From contig CAXXXD010000003.1 of assembly GCA_963663385.2 (NCBI GenBank), positions 1,344,001 through 1,408,000 of the forward strand: a stretch of 64,000 nucleotides of DNA, written 5' to 3'. The notes under the pieces were generated by a model. The model was given only the letters and a program-made list of their open reading frames with translations. It had not been told where the DNA came from and ran no database searches. Positions 48,220 through 58,223 of the stretch are shown in pieces. Each line of letters starts with the position of its first letter. Position 1 is the stretch's first letter. Source of the DNA: Oceanispirochaeta sp. Lineage in GTDB: Bacteria > Spirochaetota > Spirochaetia > DSM-2461. The position numbers and the translations under genes are program-made.

Positions 48220-49035
48220 TTATTCATCAATAACCTTAACCGTTTGATCCAGCGCTTTCATTTCATCGGGATTCATAGGCTTTATGAGATGATCCCGAAA
48301 AAGTCTTTCCCTCTTATATAATAATTCCATTGGTACCTGATAGGCGTCTTCTACATTTTCTCTCTGGAGAAGTTTCTCTGCAGGACCGCAAGCTATACTG
48401 CCATCTTTAAAGAACAGGATCCCGTTATCCGAGAACTTCCGTGACAGATCCAATTCATGAATGGAATAGTAAAGCGAAATGGACATTTTGTGAGCATACC
48501 CTTTCAGGTATTTCAGGACCCTGTCTTTCCAGTGGTCTTCCAATGCAAAAACGGGTTCATCCATAAACAGAATCCTTGAACCGTACAGCAGACTGAAAGC
48601 AATATTAATTTTCTGCATTTCACCCTTACTTGTATTCTGAACTGATCGGGTTAAAACACTCTCCAGTTCAAACTCATTGATCAGTTCATCTACCAAATAC
48701 TTTTCATCAGGACTATGCAGTCCGTTTTGAAATACCAGAGTCAATAATTCTTTTACGGTTTCCTCTGTTTCAAATTCCATATTCTGATAGACGAAAGAAG
48801 CCAGTTGATTCCGCTCTTTCTCATTTCCGAGTGCGGCAGTATCCCTGCCAGCCAGCAGAACAGAACCGCTCTGAGGCATCAAGCGCCCCCCGGAAAGAAG
48901 CATAAAGGTTGATTTTCCCGTACCATTCTGTCCGACAAGAGAAGTTACACCTCCCGGAAGTTCCACACTGAGATTTGTAAAAACCGGTTTCTCAGAGTCA
49001 TAGCTAAATGTAACATTTTTAAACTCAATAGACAT
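48220..49035 (-). CDS. Orphan ABC-type ATPase
   Basis: GQNGTGKST, Q-loop, divergent signature TSKGE, FMDEP, H-loop SIHE. Confidence 0.85.
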   Translation of the reverse strand: MSIEFKNVTFSYDSEKPVFTNLSVELPGGVTSLVGQNGTGKSTFMLLSGGRLMPQSGSVLLAGRDTAALGNEKERNQLASFVYQNMEFETEETVKELLTLVFQNGLHSPDEKYLVDELINEFELESVLTRSVQNTSKGEMQKINIAFSLLYGSRILFMDEPVFALEDHWKDRVLKYLKGYAHKMSISLYYSIHELDLSRKFSDNGILFFKDGSIACGPAEKLLQRENVEDAYQVPMELLYKRERLFRDHLIKPMNPDEMKALDQTVKVIDE

Positions 49036-49036
49036 T

Positions 49037-50014
49037 TTATACCTTTTTTTTCATTTTTTTCTTATATTCTGGAATTGTGTTCATTGGAGGCCTTTCAACT
49101 TCGGGTATGTTATACTCAATACTCTCAAAGACTTCGTCCTTTACCTGAAATTGTCTGAAAATCGTTGGAAGCTCAGATAAATCCTGAATCATATTATATT
49201 GAACAAGTCTGTTTAGAAAAGTCTGCAGGATACCAAAAGACATTTTTCCCAAAGCCCGTGTTGACTGATTCCGGTGAACCCTCTGATCCAGATCCGTTTG
49301 AGCGAAAGCACTCATGCCATACATCTGGTACACATCCAGCAGATGGGATGTTTCTACTCCGTAACCGATAGGGAAGGGAATGGAATCCAAAACCTCCCGT
49401 CTCACGGCATATTCTCCGGATAGGGGCTGAATAATTGCTGTCAGCTCAGGAAAAAACAGTGAGAACAGGGGACGGGTCAGGATTTCCGTTACCCTTCCGC
49501 CGCCTGACGGCCTTATACTATCTGAAAAGGCAAGAGGTCTGTCATAGAATGCTTTAACATACTTTATCTCGGGCCTCTGAATCAGAGGCCCTACTAGACC
49601 ATAAACAAAACGGGGATGAATATTCTTGATATCTGCATCGATATATACAAGTATATCTCCTTTCAGCTGATATATAGCTTTCCAGAGATTTTCCCCCTTT
49701 CCTTTCATTGGTTCCAGATCAGGTAGTATTTCAGAGGCAAGATAGGTATCAGCCCCAAAGGAAGATGCAACGTCCAGAGTCCTGTCATTTGATCCGGAAT
49801 CGATAACTGCAAATTCATCAATCAGAGGGTATCGGTTCATCAGTTCTGATTTGAATATTACAACCTCCTTTCCGATTGTCTTTTCTTCATTCAGTGTAGG
49901 AATACAGAGGGAAATTTTCAGACCAGATTTTTCCTTGGCTTCAACCAATTCCTTCAGTTCCTGAAAATTAGAGTGATGATATGTGTTTTCCTTAAGCCAA
50001 GAATTAATTTTCAC
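49037..50014 (-). CDS. gpgS: Glucosyl-3-phosphoglycerate synthase
   Basis: PTLNEE, DSGS.D, GKGENLW, DAD, VKAFYDRP, GGGRVTE, QPLSGEYA, GYGVE, HRNQ. Confidence 0.9.
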   Translation of the reverse strand: MKINSWLKENTYHHSNFQELKELVEAKEKSGLKISLCIPTLNEEKTIGKEVVIFKSELMNRYPLIDEFAVIDSGSNDRTLDVASSFGADTYLASEILPDLEPMKGKGENLWKAIYQLKGDILVYIDADIKNIHPRFVYGLVGPLIQRPEIKYVKAFYDRPLAFSDSIRPSGGGRVTEILTRPLFSLFFPELTAIIQPLSGEYAVRREVLDSIPFPIGYGVETSHLLDVYQMYGMSAFAQTDLDQRVHRNQSTRALGKMSFGILQTFLNRLVQYNMIQDLSELPTIFRQFQVKDEVFESIEYNIPEVERPPMNTIPEYKKKMKKKV

Positions 50015-51173
50015 TGCAGTACCCCGTGTCTATAGCTTCGATCAGTCCTATCAATTGTGCCAATCCTTTTTTGATCGGATCTATCTGTATGGCTTCATCC
50101 AGTTCACCCAGTTTTTCGCCGTTTGTTAAACCGATAGTAACAGCAGGGATCTGTTTATCGATAAAAGCGGAAAGCTCCGAAGTACTGGGAGACGACCGTG
50201 GTTTATACCCCAGATTATCCAGAATGGCACGGCTTGTAGTATTGAGAGGGTGCGAAAACGGAGTCCCGCCAGGTGCCCGTCTTGCCATCTCTTTAAATTC
50301 AACTATCGCCCCCGTCATAGAGGTCATCTCCTCTGCCAGGGAATGAATTTTGCTGGCCAGCTCAGTTACCATCTCCTCTGATTCACTTCTGATCTCAAAC
50401 AGCAGCTCCGCTTTGGTCGGAATCGTATTGTAGGATTTTCCTCCCTGAATCGAACCAAGGATAATGTTAGTTTTTGGTTTACGGGGAAGAGGTATTTCAA
50501 GTATCTTATTGATCAGTTCATTCATATTGACTATGGCACCAACCGCATTAAATCGGGTCCAGTCATACTCTTCAGGTACTTCATATGTCAATTTTCCTCT
50601 CAGCATCCCGATAGAAGAGTAACTGAGACGCCCCAGTTTAACACCTTCAACGCAGACACCGGCAGTTATTGGTTTCTTATAATTATCCATAAAAAACCTT
50701 AGCCCTTCGATATCCCCATGGCCGAGGCTTCTGGAAGAACCCATTAAAATCAGATTGGATTCAAAGTGGATATTAAGCTTTTCCAGAATCATGGGAAGTG
50801 TTGCCAATGCAGCCAAACCGAGTCCGTCGTCACCTACACCCGGTCCGATTACCATATCAGGCTGGACAGTAATCGTATGATCGACACTGAACGGAAATAT
50901 AGTATCCAGATGGGCTACAACCAGAATGTTACTATCCCGTGATTTTCCGGGAATGATACCAAGAGCATTCCCTTTTTCATCTTCAGAACAATTCTGTAAG
51001 TTATATTCGGTAAACCTGTTTAAAAGGAATTGCGTCCTTTCCTGTTCACCAAAAGTCGGTGCGGGAATTTCACTGATCATAATAAGGTTAGTAATTATAC
51101 TCTCTTTGAAATTTTCCAGTTCTGATTCGTAAATAGGCAATTTTTCCAGGATTTCATTACAAACTCTGTTCAT
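50004..51173 (-). CDS. M20-family metallohydrolase homologue with degenerate active site
   Basis: IPAPTFGE, AHLDT, GPGVGDD and dimerisation domain present; EE motif and C-terminal His missing. Confidence 0.8.
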   Translation of the reverse strand: MNRVCNEILEKLPIYESELENFKESIITNLIMISEIPAPTFGEQERTQFLLNRFTEYNLQNCSEDEKGNALGIIPGKSRDSNILVVAHLDTIFPFSVDHTITVQPDMVIGPGVGDDGLGLAALATLPMILEKLNIHFESNLILMGSSRSLGHGDIEGLRFFMDNYKKPITAGVCVEGVKLGRLSYSSIGMLRGKLTYEVPEEYDWTRFNAVGAIVNMNELINKILEIPLPRKPKTNIILGSIQGGKSYNTIPTKAELLFEIRSESEEMVTELASKIHSLAEEMTSMTGAIVEFKEMARRAPGGTPFSHPLNTTSRAILDNLGYKPRSSPSTSELSAFIDKQIPAVTIGLTNGEKLGELDEAIQIDPIKKGLAQLIGLIEAIDTGYCSEN

Positions 51174-51374
51174 TTTATTTTCCTGATATTTGATTGGATA
51201 TTTAATATTATAGGCAATGTATCCTGTTCTGCAATGTCAGTTTAAAAAAAAATGATTCTCAGATTACAGGATCTCCGAGTGGTAATTTATTTATTGAAAT
51301 AAACTGATTGTAGCATTCTCCGATTTTATTTATAATCATTACTGTATGGATTTGAGTTAATCCAGAGTTTTTGA

Positions 51375-52703
51375 TTGCAGGAGAGAAGAGTGAATAAAAA
51401 GCTTGATTTCAGAATTAAAACAATAGGAGAATGCAAGATAAAGTCCCCTATGCCATTTTCAAACATACAGGGTGACAATATAGCTAACTTTGTTCGGGAT
51501 GATCAGTATGTACTTCACTCAGTGATTCACGGTGATAACCAGAACAAGAAAGAACTTTATGAATATGCTCTGGAAATGGCCGGCCCCAGAGAGAATATAT
51601 TCTTTAATCCGGGTCACGCACATGCCGGAATAGTTACCTGCGGCGGTTTATGCCCTGGTTTGAACAACGTTATCCGTGCTATCGTTCGAACCTTGTGGCT
51701 GCGATATAATGTCAAAAGGATTTCCGGCATCCAGTATGGCTACAAGGGATTCCTGCCTGAATACAATATGCCTACAAAAAAACTTGATCCGGATATTGTG
51801 GATGATATTCATAATATGGGAGGCTCCATACTAGGATCAGCCCGAGGCGGTTCGGATGTTATCAGAATAGTTGATGCGCTTGAACAGCTTAATATGAATA
51901 TGCTGTTTACTATCGGCGGAGACGGTACACAGCGTTGCGCCCTTGAACTTACCGAAGAAATTGAAAAAAGGGGACTTAGGATTTCCATTGTCGGCATTCC
52001 TAAAACAATCGATAATGATTTGAGCTTTATTGATAAATCTTTTGGCTTTGATACAGCTGTATTCAAAGCTGAACAGGCTGTTCATGCCGCTCACGTTGAA
52101 GCGAAGTCTGCCATTGACGGAATTGGGCTGGTAAAGGTTATGGGAAGAGAATCCGGTTTTATTGCCGCCCATACAACCCTTGCCACCAGTGATGTAAACT
52201 TCTGTCTGATCCCTGAAGTACCCTTTACCCTGGAGGGAGAAAACGGCTTGCTTAATTCAATAAAGAGAAGATTGGATATGCGACAACATGCGGTTGTTTT
52301 GGTAGCTGAGGGCGCCGGCCAGGAGCTTTTGGAAAAAATTGATGCAACAGACGAGAGCGGCAATAAAAGACTATCTGATATTGGAACGTACCTGAGAGAC
52401 GCGATCACGGAACACTTCAAAAAAATCGGACACGAATCAAGTCTCAAATATATAGATCCCAGCTATATGATCAGGGCGTCTGCAGCAACTCCTAACGATG
52501 CACTCTATTGTGCCCGTCTGGGTGCGAACGCTGTACATGGAGCCATGGCTGGCCGTACAGGAATGCTTATATCCGAATGGAATAATACTTTCGTACATGT
52601 TCCCATTCAAATGGCTGTTTCTAAAAAGAATAAGGTCGACCCGGAAAGCCCCTTATGGAGAGATGTTCTGGAAACGACTCAGCAGCCCATTGTAATGAAG
52701 TAA
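51375..52703 (+). CDS. pfkA: ATP-dependent 6-phosphofructokinase (long clade-X type)
   Basis: TCGGLCPGLN, IGGDGT, PKTIDND, FGFDTA, MGR, YIDPSY. Confidence 0.9.
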   Translation: MQERRVNKKLDFRIKTIGECKIKSPMPFSNIQGDNIANFVRDDQYVLHSVIHGDNQNKKELYEYALEMAGPRENIFFNPGHAHAGIVTCGGLCPGLNNVIRAIVRTLWLRYNVKRISGIQYGYKGFLPEYNMPTKKLDPDIVDDIHNMGGSILGSARGGSDVIRIVDALEQLNMNMLFTIGGDGTQRCALELTEEIEKRGLRISIVGIPKTIDNDLSFIDKSFGFDTAVFKAEQAVHAAHVEAKSAIDGIGLVKVMGRESGFIAAHTTLATSDVNFCLIPEVPFTLEGENGLLNSIKRRLDMRQHAVVLVAEGAGQELLEKIDATDESGNKRLSDIGTYLRDAITEHFKKIGHESSLKYIDPSYMIRASAATPNDALYCARLGANAVHGAMAGRTGMLISEWNNTFVHVPIQMAVSKKNKVDPESPLWRDVLETTQQPIVMK

Positions 52704-52794
52704 TTCCTTCTATTCAGGCCCGGCAGAGCTATTGAGGCAGTTAGAAAATTAACGGCTTCAATAGCTTTTTTTCAGCCTTACTAGCTTGAAAATT

Positions 52795-52825
52795 AAAAAA
52801 GGGATTGCAGTGCAATCCCTTTTTT
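52795..52825. terminator. Bidirectional terminator between pfkA and greA
   Basis: aaaaaagggattgc-agt-gcaatccctttttt. Confidence 0.9.
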
Positions 52826-52849
52826 GATGGATATTTCCTTATAAGCAGG

Positions 52850-55540
52850 TTAAACCATATCAGATTTCTCAATAGAGAGCACTTTGTATTTATAGTCCTT
52901 TTCGTTAATTGTAAACTTGATTTTCCCATTCTTTTTAGTGCCGTACAGAGCATTACCAAAAGGAGAGATGTAGGAGATCACATTATTTGAAGGATCGGAT
53001 TCCCATGGTCCGAGAATGGTGAATATTTCTTCTTCATTAGTGATTTCATTGCTAAGTGTGATTTTAGTACCGAAAGAAACTTTCTTGAGATCAATATTCC
53101 TGGGATCAAATATCTTTGCTTTCTCAATGCCTTCCTTCAATTTTCCAACCTGAATATTAAGAGCTTCCTGCTTCTCTTTACCTGCCTTATACTCGGCATT
53201 TTCCTTCAAGTCCCCCATTTCTATAGCAATACCGATCTCCTTAGAGTTCTGCGGTACTTCAACATCAAGGATATGCTTGAGTTCTTTCTGTTTGGCTCGC
53301 ATACTTGATTCGAGAACAATAAGCGACCTTGTCCCGGCTGTAACAGGAGTCTCTTCAGCTTCTCCCAGGAACTTAATATTGGGATATTTTTCTTTAATTT
53401 TCTGACGGAGATTAAGTTTTACAGAAACATCAAGTTCTTTAACATCCTGAAGCAGGGTAAACAGACGACTGACAGTATCTTCATCCCCACTGAGAATAAA
53501 AGACTCAAGGCGTTCTTCCTTAAATAAGTATACCTGTATAGCCCTGTTGATTTTTTTGTTCTCGGTTACATCTTTTTTATTGCTGATATCGCGGAATGTG
53601 ATATCCAGAAGATGAATCATATTGATCAGGATTTTTTCATACTGAACAGCCAGCTTATCAAACCAGGGTTCTTCTACTGCATTACGGGCGATCCACAGGA
53701 AAGCTTCCCGAAATTCTCTGTAATGGGCCATAATATCCTGAAGTTTATCCTTAACCAGATCGTCATGGCCTTTATGAATCAGTTCTTCAATTATGCTCTT
53801 GTTCAAATAGTAGGGGAACAGCTGAATATAGTAATTCTGCCATCCCTCTATATTCCTTTTAATCTCGACAAGAAATTCCTTTTTCAGATCAGCATACTGA
53901 ATACTGCTAAACAGCTCTTCCAGATTCTCAATATCATCAAAAAGTTCCTTAAAGCCATATGTAAGCCCGGGATTAAGAAAAGGATAAATCTGAATTATTT
54001 TATTAATAAAAAGATAACTGCAAACGACCTGCTCATTAACATTAGCTGCTTTGAGGAAAGAAGTAAAATAAAGAAACATCTCTGCAAAATAATCAGAATC
54101 AGGATCAGATTCTCTCAGAAAATCCTGAATAGTCTGGTAACGGTCAAAGAAGTTACTTTCTGCCTTGAATTTATTGAAAGTCTTTTCCTCAAATGTAATG
54201 GGCTTATCCCTAACCATAAAAAGATCGAGTTTTTCAGGCATATTACCGAAGTCTGCATCTGTTTTTAAAATGCGTCGGGCCTCGGTACTCCAGCTGGACC
54301 ATTCGCTCTGTGTCAGAATGGAGGGAACAAGTTCCGCCTTCATACGCTTCATATCCGCACAGTTATCAAAGCTGCGAATTACTGTTTTTAGAGTCCAGGG
54401 GATATCTGATTTAACTTTTTTATGGAGTTTTTCTTTGGCTACAACGCTTTTAAGAACCCAGATATGGTTTTTTGTCAAACTGATAAGAGCATTAACAGCC
54501 ATTTTCAGTGACATGGAATGATCGCGTTTATCAGAGAAATCGATGGTTATGTTGTCACCCTTAATAGAGCGTATTACACCGACACCCCAGGTTTTATGGA
54601 ATACAAAATTACCTGCATCGTAGGAAATATGTTTTTCAAAATCCGATATGGCTTCACTTATATTTCTCCAGCTCTGATTCAGATTGGAGAGCTTGATATA
54701 CTCTTCCAGCTGACTATGGCCTTCATACTTTTTTCTGTAACAGTTTACAATCTCTTTTCTGGCCCAGGGGTTCTTGGGATCATATTGAAGGATTCGTTTC
54801 AGTGTATCAATGGCTACATCCCAGTTGGAAGTTTCGACTATGGCGGGGTAAAGATCCTCCAGAAGCATGGTAGATCTTTCAGGAGACATGATTTTGGAGA
54901 TTTTCTTGTCGATCAGCTGAAAAAACTCCAGATCATCAATATTCAGTTCAATCAATTTGCCCCAGATATCTTTTACATTGGAAAAAAGGTTTTTATTTAT
55001 ATACCGGTGAATAGCTTTTTTATAGTAATTAACAGCCTCGGTCGTATTACCTTCATTTTCTTTCTTTTCTGCCAGTTTTTTTACAATATCCGCTTCGGTG
55101 TAATCGATCTTGATCAGACGTTCCCAAACATCGAAAACTTCACCATCCCTTTCGGAATTGGAATAGCACTCGGCAAGAACGCGCAGGGCCATCTTGTTCT
55201 CACCAAACTGAAGTATCCGGTTGCTGAGATATTCCACAATAATCCATTTATGATTCCCGGAGAATATATTGATAAGCTCCACTAAATGAGAATCATCTAT
55301 CAACTGTTTATTCAGGGAAATTATTCCGGACATATAAAGAGCTATTATACTATTCTTGGAATGATCCAGATGTTCTTCGCACAAATCCTGGATTTCATCC
55401 TGAACCTCGGAATTCAAGATTTCATCAATGGTTTCATCCAGTTCCTTGAAATTATTAATTGTATAATTGCCCAGGGTGGCACGTGTCCATTTTTCTTCAT
55501 TCAACAAATCGTTAATCTTATTGATAATTTCTTCTGACAT
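52850..55540 (-). CDS. greA: Transcription elongation factor GreA, long spirochaete form
   Basis: C-terminal GDLKENAEY, VSFGT, ILGPWES, ISYISPFG; ~730-aa helical N-terminal extension. Confidence 0.92.
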   Translation of the reverse strand: MSEEIINKINDLLNEEKWTRATLGNYTINNFKELDETIDEILNSEVQDEIQDLCEEHLDHSKNSIIALYMSGIISLNKQLIDDSHLVELINIFSGNHKWIIVEYLSNRILQFGENKMALRVLAECYSNSERDGEVFDVWERLIKIDYTEADIVKKLAEKKENEGNTTEAVNYYKKAIHRYINKNLFSNVKDIWGKLIELNIDDLEFFQLIDKKISKIMSPERSTMLLEDLYPAIVETSNWDVAIDTLKRILQYDPKNPWARKEIVNCYRKKYEGHSQLEEYIKLSNLNQSWRNISEAISDFEKHISYDAGNFVFHKTWGVGVIRSIKGDNITIDFSDKRDHSMSLKMAVNALISLTKNHIWVLKSVVAKEKLHKKVKSDIPWTLKTVIRSFDNCADMKRMKAELVPSILTQSEWSSWSTEARRILKTDADFGNMPEKLDLFMVRDKPITFEEKTFNKFKAESNFFDRYQTIQDFLRESDPDSDYFAEMFLYFTSFLKAANVNEQVVCSYLFINKIIQIYPFLNPGLTYGFKELFDDIENLEELFSSIQYADLKKEFLVEIKRNIEGWQNYYIQLFPYYLNKSIIEELIHKGHDDLVKDKLQDIMAHYREFREAFLWIARNAVEEPWFDKLAVQYEKILINMIHLLDITFRDISNKKDVTENKKINRAIQVYLFKEERLESFILSGDEDTVSRLFTLLQDVKELDVSVKLNLRQKIKEKYPNIKFLGEAEETPVTAGTRSLIVLESSMRAKQKELKHILDVEVPQNSKEIGIAIEMGDLKENAEYKAGKEKQEALNIQVGKLKEGIEKAKIFDPRNIDLKKVSFGTKITLSNEITNEEEIFTILGPWESDPSNNVISYISPFGNALYGTKKNGKIKFTINEKDYKYKVLSIEKSDMV

Positions 55541-55561
55541 AAATTTAAATACTCCCCAAAA

Positions 55562-56503
55562 TCAGTTGATGTACTGTTGGTAAATTGACGGGCTCAACAA
55601 CTTTATATTCATAAGCACTTCGTCAATCGTACTTCTATCTTCTTTTACACTTATATAATGATCTATAAGCCAAAAATACTTATTAATTAAACGGGGTACC
55701 AACACCTCGTTATCACTATTCTGCCTGATATCGCTTTGCAGTGAATAGATGGACTGCCTCAGTTTACCATACTCTATCGGCCGAAGCTCTCTTTTCACAT
55801 TAAAGACACCGTATAAAACGGCATAAACAGGCAGCCATTCATTCAGCATCCCACCGGTAATCCCGGTCATGCCGACCTTATTGATGACCTTCCGGATTAA
55901 CCCGGACTCAAGCCTGGTCAGGTCAATTTCCTGAGGATCAATAAAAAACGCCTCCCGGAAAAAGATCTTTGCCCCTTTCATCTCATCCATCAGGGCATAA
56001 GTATCCGCAAGTTCAGCAAGAACCAGTGGATTATCTTTATTAATCCTCGCCCCTTTTTCAAGGATACCAGCAGCTTTTTCATAGTTTCCAAGGACCTTAT
56101 TACAGCGTCCTATCCTCAAACACAATTCCTGATCATCCAGTTCCTCATGGTGAAGTTGCTGGTAAAAAATCAGTCCTTCCGAATGAACCATATATTTTAA
56201 GGCTTGAAGGCCTTTTTCTATCTGTTCGGAGCTTCTGTTTTTAACCCATAATAAAAACTGATCCCATTGATTCAACAGGTAATCGCCTTTTTCATAAGGA
56301 CTAGCCAGATCTTCAAGCCTGGCCCAGCGCTCTTTCCAAAACCGCAGCATACGAAACAACTCACTAACTTCAACCGAATCAAAATCAACTGAATATGCTT
56401 CATCGAGAAGAGAAAGGGCCTTATCCAGATCCCTTTTGGCTGCATATCGGCAGACCTCTTCAAGGTACTGTTCAATTTCCATTTTTTCCTGATTTACGCT
56501 CAT
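55562..56503 (-). CDS. TPR-repeat protein
   Basis: TPR-like helices (LGNYEKAAGILEKG, LAELADTYALM); 21 nt upstream of greA. Confidence 0.75.
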   Translation of the reverse strand: MSVNQEKMEIEQYLEEVCRYAAKRDLDKALSLLDEAYSVDFDSVEVSELFRMLRFWKERWARLEDLASPYEKGDYLLNQWDQFLLWVKNRSSEQIEKGLQALKYMVHSEGLIFYQQLHHEELDDQELCLRIGRCNKVLGNYEKAAGILEKGARINKDNPLVLAELADTYALMDEMKGAKIFFREAFFIDPQEIDLTRLESGLIRKVINKVGMTGITGGMLNEWLPVYAVLYGVFNVKRELRPIEYGKLRQSIYSLQSDIRQNSDNEVLVPRLINKYFWLIDHYISVKEDRSTIDEVLMNIKLLSPSIYQQYIN

Positions 56504-56679
56504 AAGATTTTATTCAGTACCATCCGGCGAATTTATTACTGCATCTTTCTTATTATACATTTAGCTTAACTTTGGTCAACAAAGGAAATGCAGTTGATTT
56601 TAGAATATTTCGAATTGAAGAGTATGCCGGAGGATAGAAACTTATTCACAAAATGATTCAAGTAATATAATCTGGTAAT

Positions 56680-57339
56680 ATGAAAAAGAATATTATATGC
56701 GCCCCATCGGTTCTGGCTTCAGATTTCACCAGAATCGGAGAAGAAGTAGAGCTGATCAAACAATCCGGATCAGAGTGGATTCATTTGGATGTAATGGATG
56801 GTGTCTTCGTTCCCGAAATAACTTTCGGAGCCCAAATGGTCAGCCATATCAGAAAAGTATCAGATTTAATTCTGGATGTTCACCTTATGATCGAAAAGCC
56901 GGAAAATCAGATACCACTTTTTCTTAAAGCAGGAGCCGACTATATTACATTTCATACAGAAGCCGTAACACATGCCAACAGACTGGTACAGGTAATTAAG
57001 GAAGGAGGTGCTAAAGCAGGAATATCCCTTGTTCCATCCACACCCGTATCCATAATTGAAGAACTCCTGCCTTTTGTGGATCAGATACTGATAATGACAG
57101 TTAATCCGGGTTACGGCGGCCAGAAGCTTATTCCCCAATGCCTAGACAAGGTTAAAATTCTTGATAGCCTGAAAAGGAAAAAAGGATATAACTATATTAT
57201 ATCCGTGGACGGGGGCATCAACAGATCGACCATATCCGATGCAATAGATTCCGGCATTGATGCCTTTGTAGCAGGCTCAGCCTTTTTTGGTTCTGCTAAC
57301 CCGGCAGAAGAAGTCGCTTTCATGAAAAACTGCCGCTAG
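56680..57339 (+). CDS. rpe: Ribulose-phosphate 3-epimerase
   Basis: APSVL, HLDVMDG.FVP, DVHLM, MTVNPGYGGQ, VDGGI. Confidence 0.96.
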   Translation: MKKNIICAPSVLASDFTRIGEEVELIKQSGSEWIHLDVMDGVFVPEITFGAQMVSHIRKVSDLILDVHLMIEKPENQIPLFLKAGADYITFHTEAVTHANRLVQVIKEGGAKAGISLVPSTPVSIIEELLPFVDQILIMTVNPGYGGQKLIPQCLDKVKILDSLKRKKGYNYIISVDGGINRSTISDAIDSGIDAFVAGSAFFGSANPAEEVAFMKNCR

Positions 57340-57404
57340 GGTCCGGTTTTTCATTTTATTTATAGCTCTGTCAGGCCGATTAGAGATATGAGAGGTAATG
57401 TCTG

Positions 57405-58223
57405 ATGAATTGGAAAAAGCTTCGAACGATCTGCCTGACAGCTATGCTGATATCAATGTTCTCCTTTACGCTATCCGCTCAATCCCTGGAGGATGAGTAC
57501 CTTTACGGGCTGGATTTGTTTAAGGAGGCGAAATATCAACAGGCATCACGTTTATTCAAAACAGTTCTCTTCGATTTGGATTCATCTTCCCTTTACGGGA
57601 ATGCCGCTTACTGGCTTTCCAGAACCTATATCGAGATGAAACATTACGCGGCAGCCAGTGAAATTATGGAAGAATTCCTTCTTAATTACCCCGACAACGA
57701 ATACAATATGGAGGGACAGTACTACAAGGGGAGGCTTCTCTATCTTGAAGCTGAGTACGACAGTGCCATTCACTATTTTTCATCTTTCATAACAGCAAAT
57801 TCTGTTAACAATCCCTATATTACAAACAGCCTTTTCTGGATCGGGGAATCTCTCTACAGCCTGGGCAGATTTGAAGAAGCCGAGGAAATCTATATTAAGA
57901 TTGTTAACGAATACCCCACAAACGTAAAAGTGGAAGCTTCAAAATATAAAATATCATTGATTGAATATAAGTACAGGGAAGAGGAGCTGCTGAAACTTCT
58001 GCAGTGGAGTCATGAAGAGTTTCTGAAAAGTTCCAGCGAGTACGAAAAAAAGGAAAAAGAATTCAATCAGGCATTAAAGGTTTATCAGGATAAACTGAAA
58101 GAACTGACAATGACCCGTGAAATCTACGAAAACAGATTAACCCTCCTCGATATTAAGGATGAAGCTCTTAAAATCAAGGAAAAGCTTATATATATGAGTT
58201 TGAGCGAGGCAGACAATGAATAG
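57405..58223 (+). CDS. Exported TPR protein (CpoB/BamD-like)
   Basis: Signal peptide, TPRs (NAAYWL, FLLNYP, NSLFWIGESLY, VNEYP), C-terminal coiled coil. Confidence 0.7.
   Translation: MNWKKLRTICLTAMLISMFSFTLSAQSLEDEYLYGLDLFKEAKYQQASRLFKTVLFDLDSSSLYGNAAYWLSRTYIEMKHYAAASEIMEEFLLNYPDNEYNMEGQYYKGRLLYLEAEYDSAIHYFSSFITANSVNNPYITNSLFWIGESLYSLGRFEEAEEIYIKIVNEYPTNVKVEASKYKISLIEYKYREEELLKLLQWSHEEFLKSSSEYEKKEKEFNQALKVYQDKLKELTMTREIYENRLTLLDIKDEALKIKEKLIYMSLSEADNE

Noticed and set aside
53612..55537. Several plus-strand ORFs inside greA
   Set aside because: Antisense shadows of a well-supported gene
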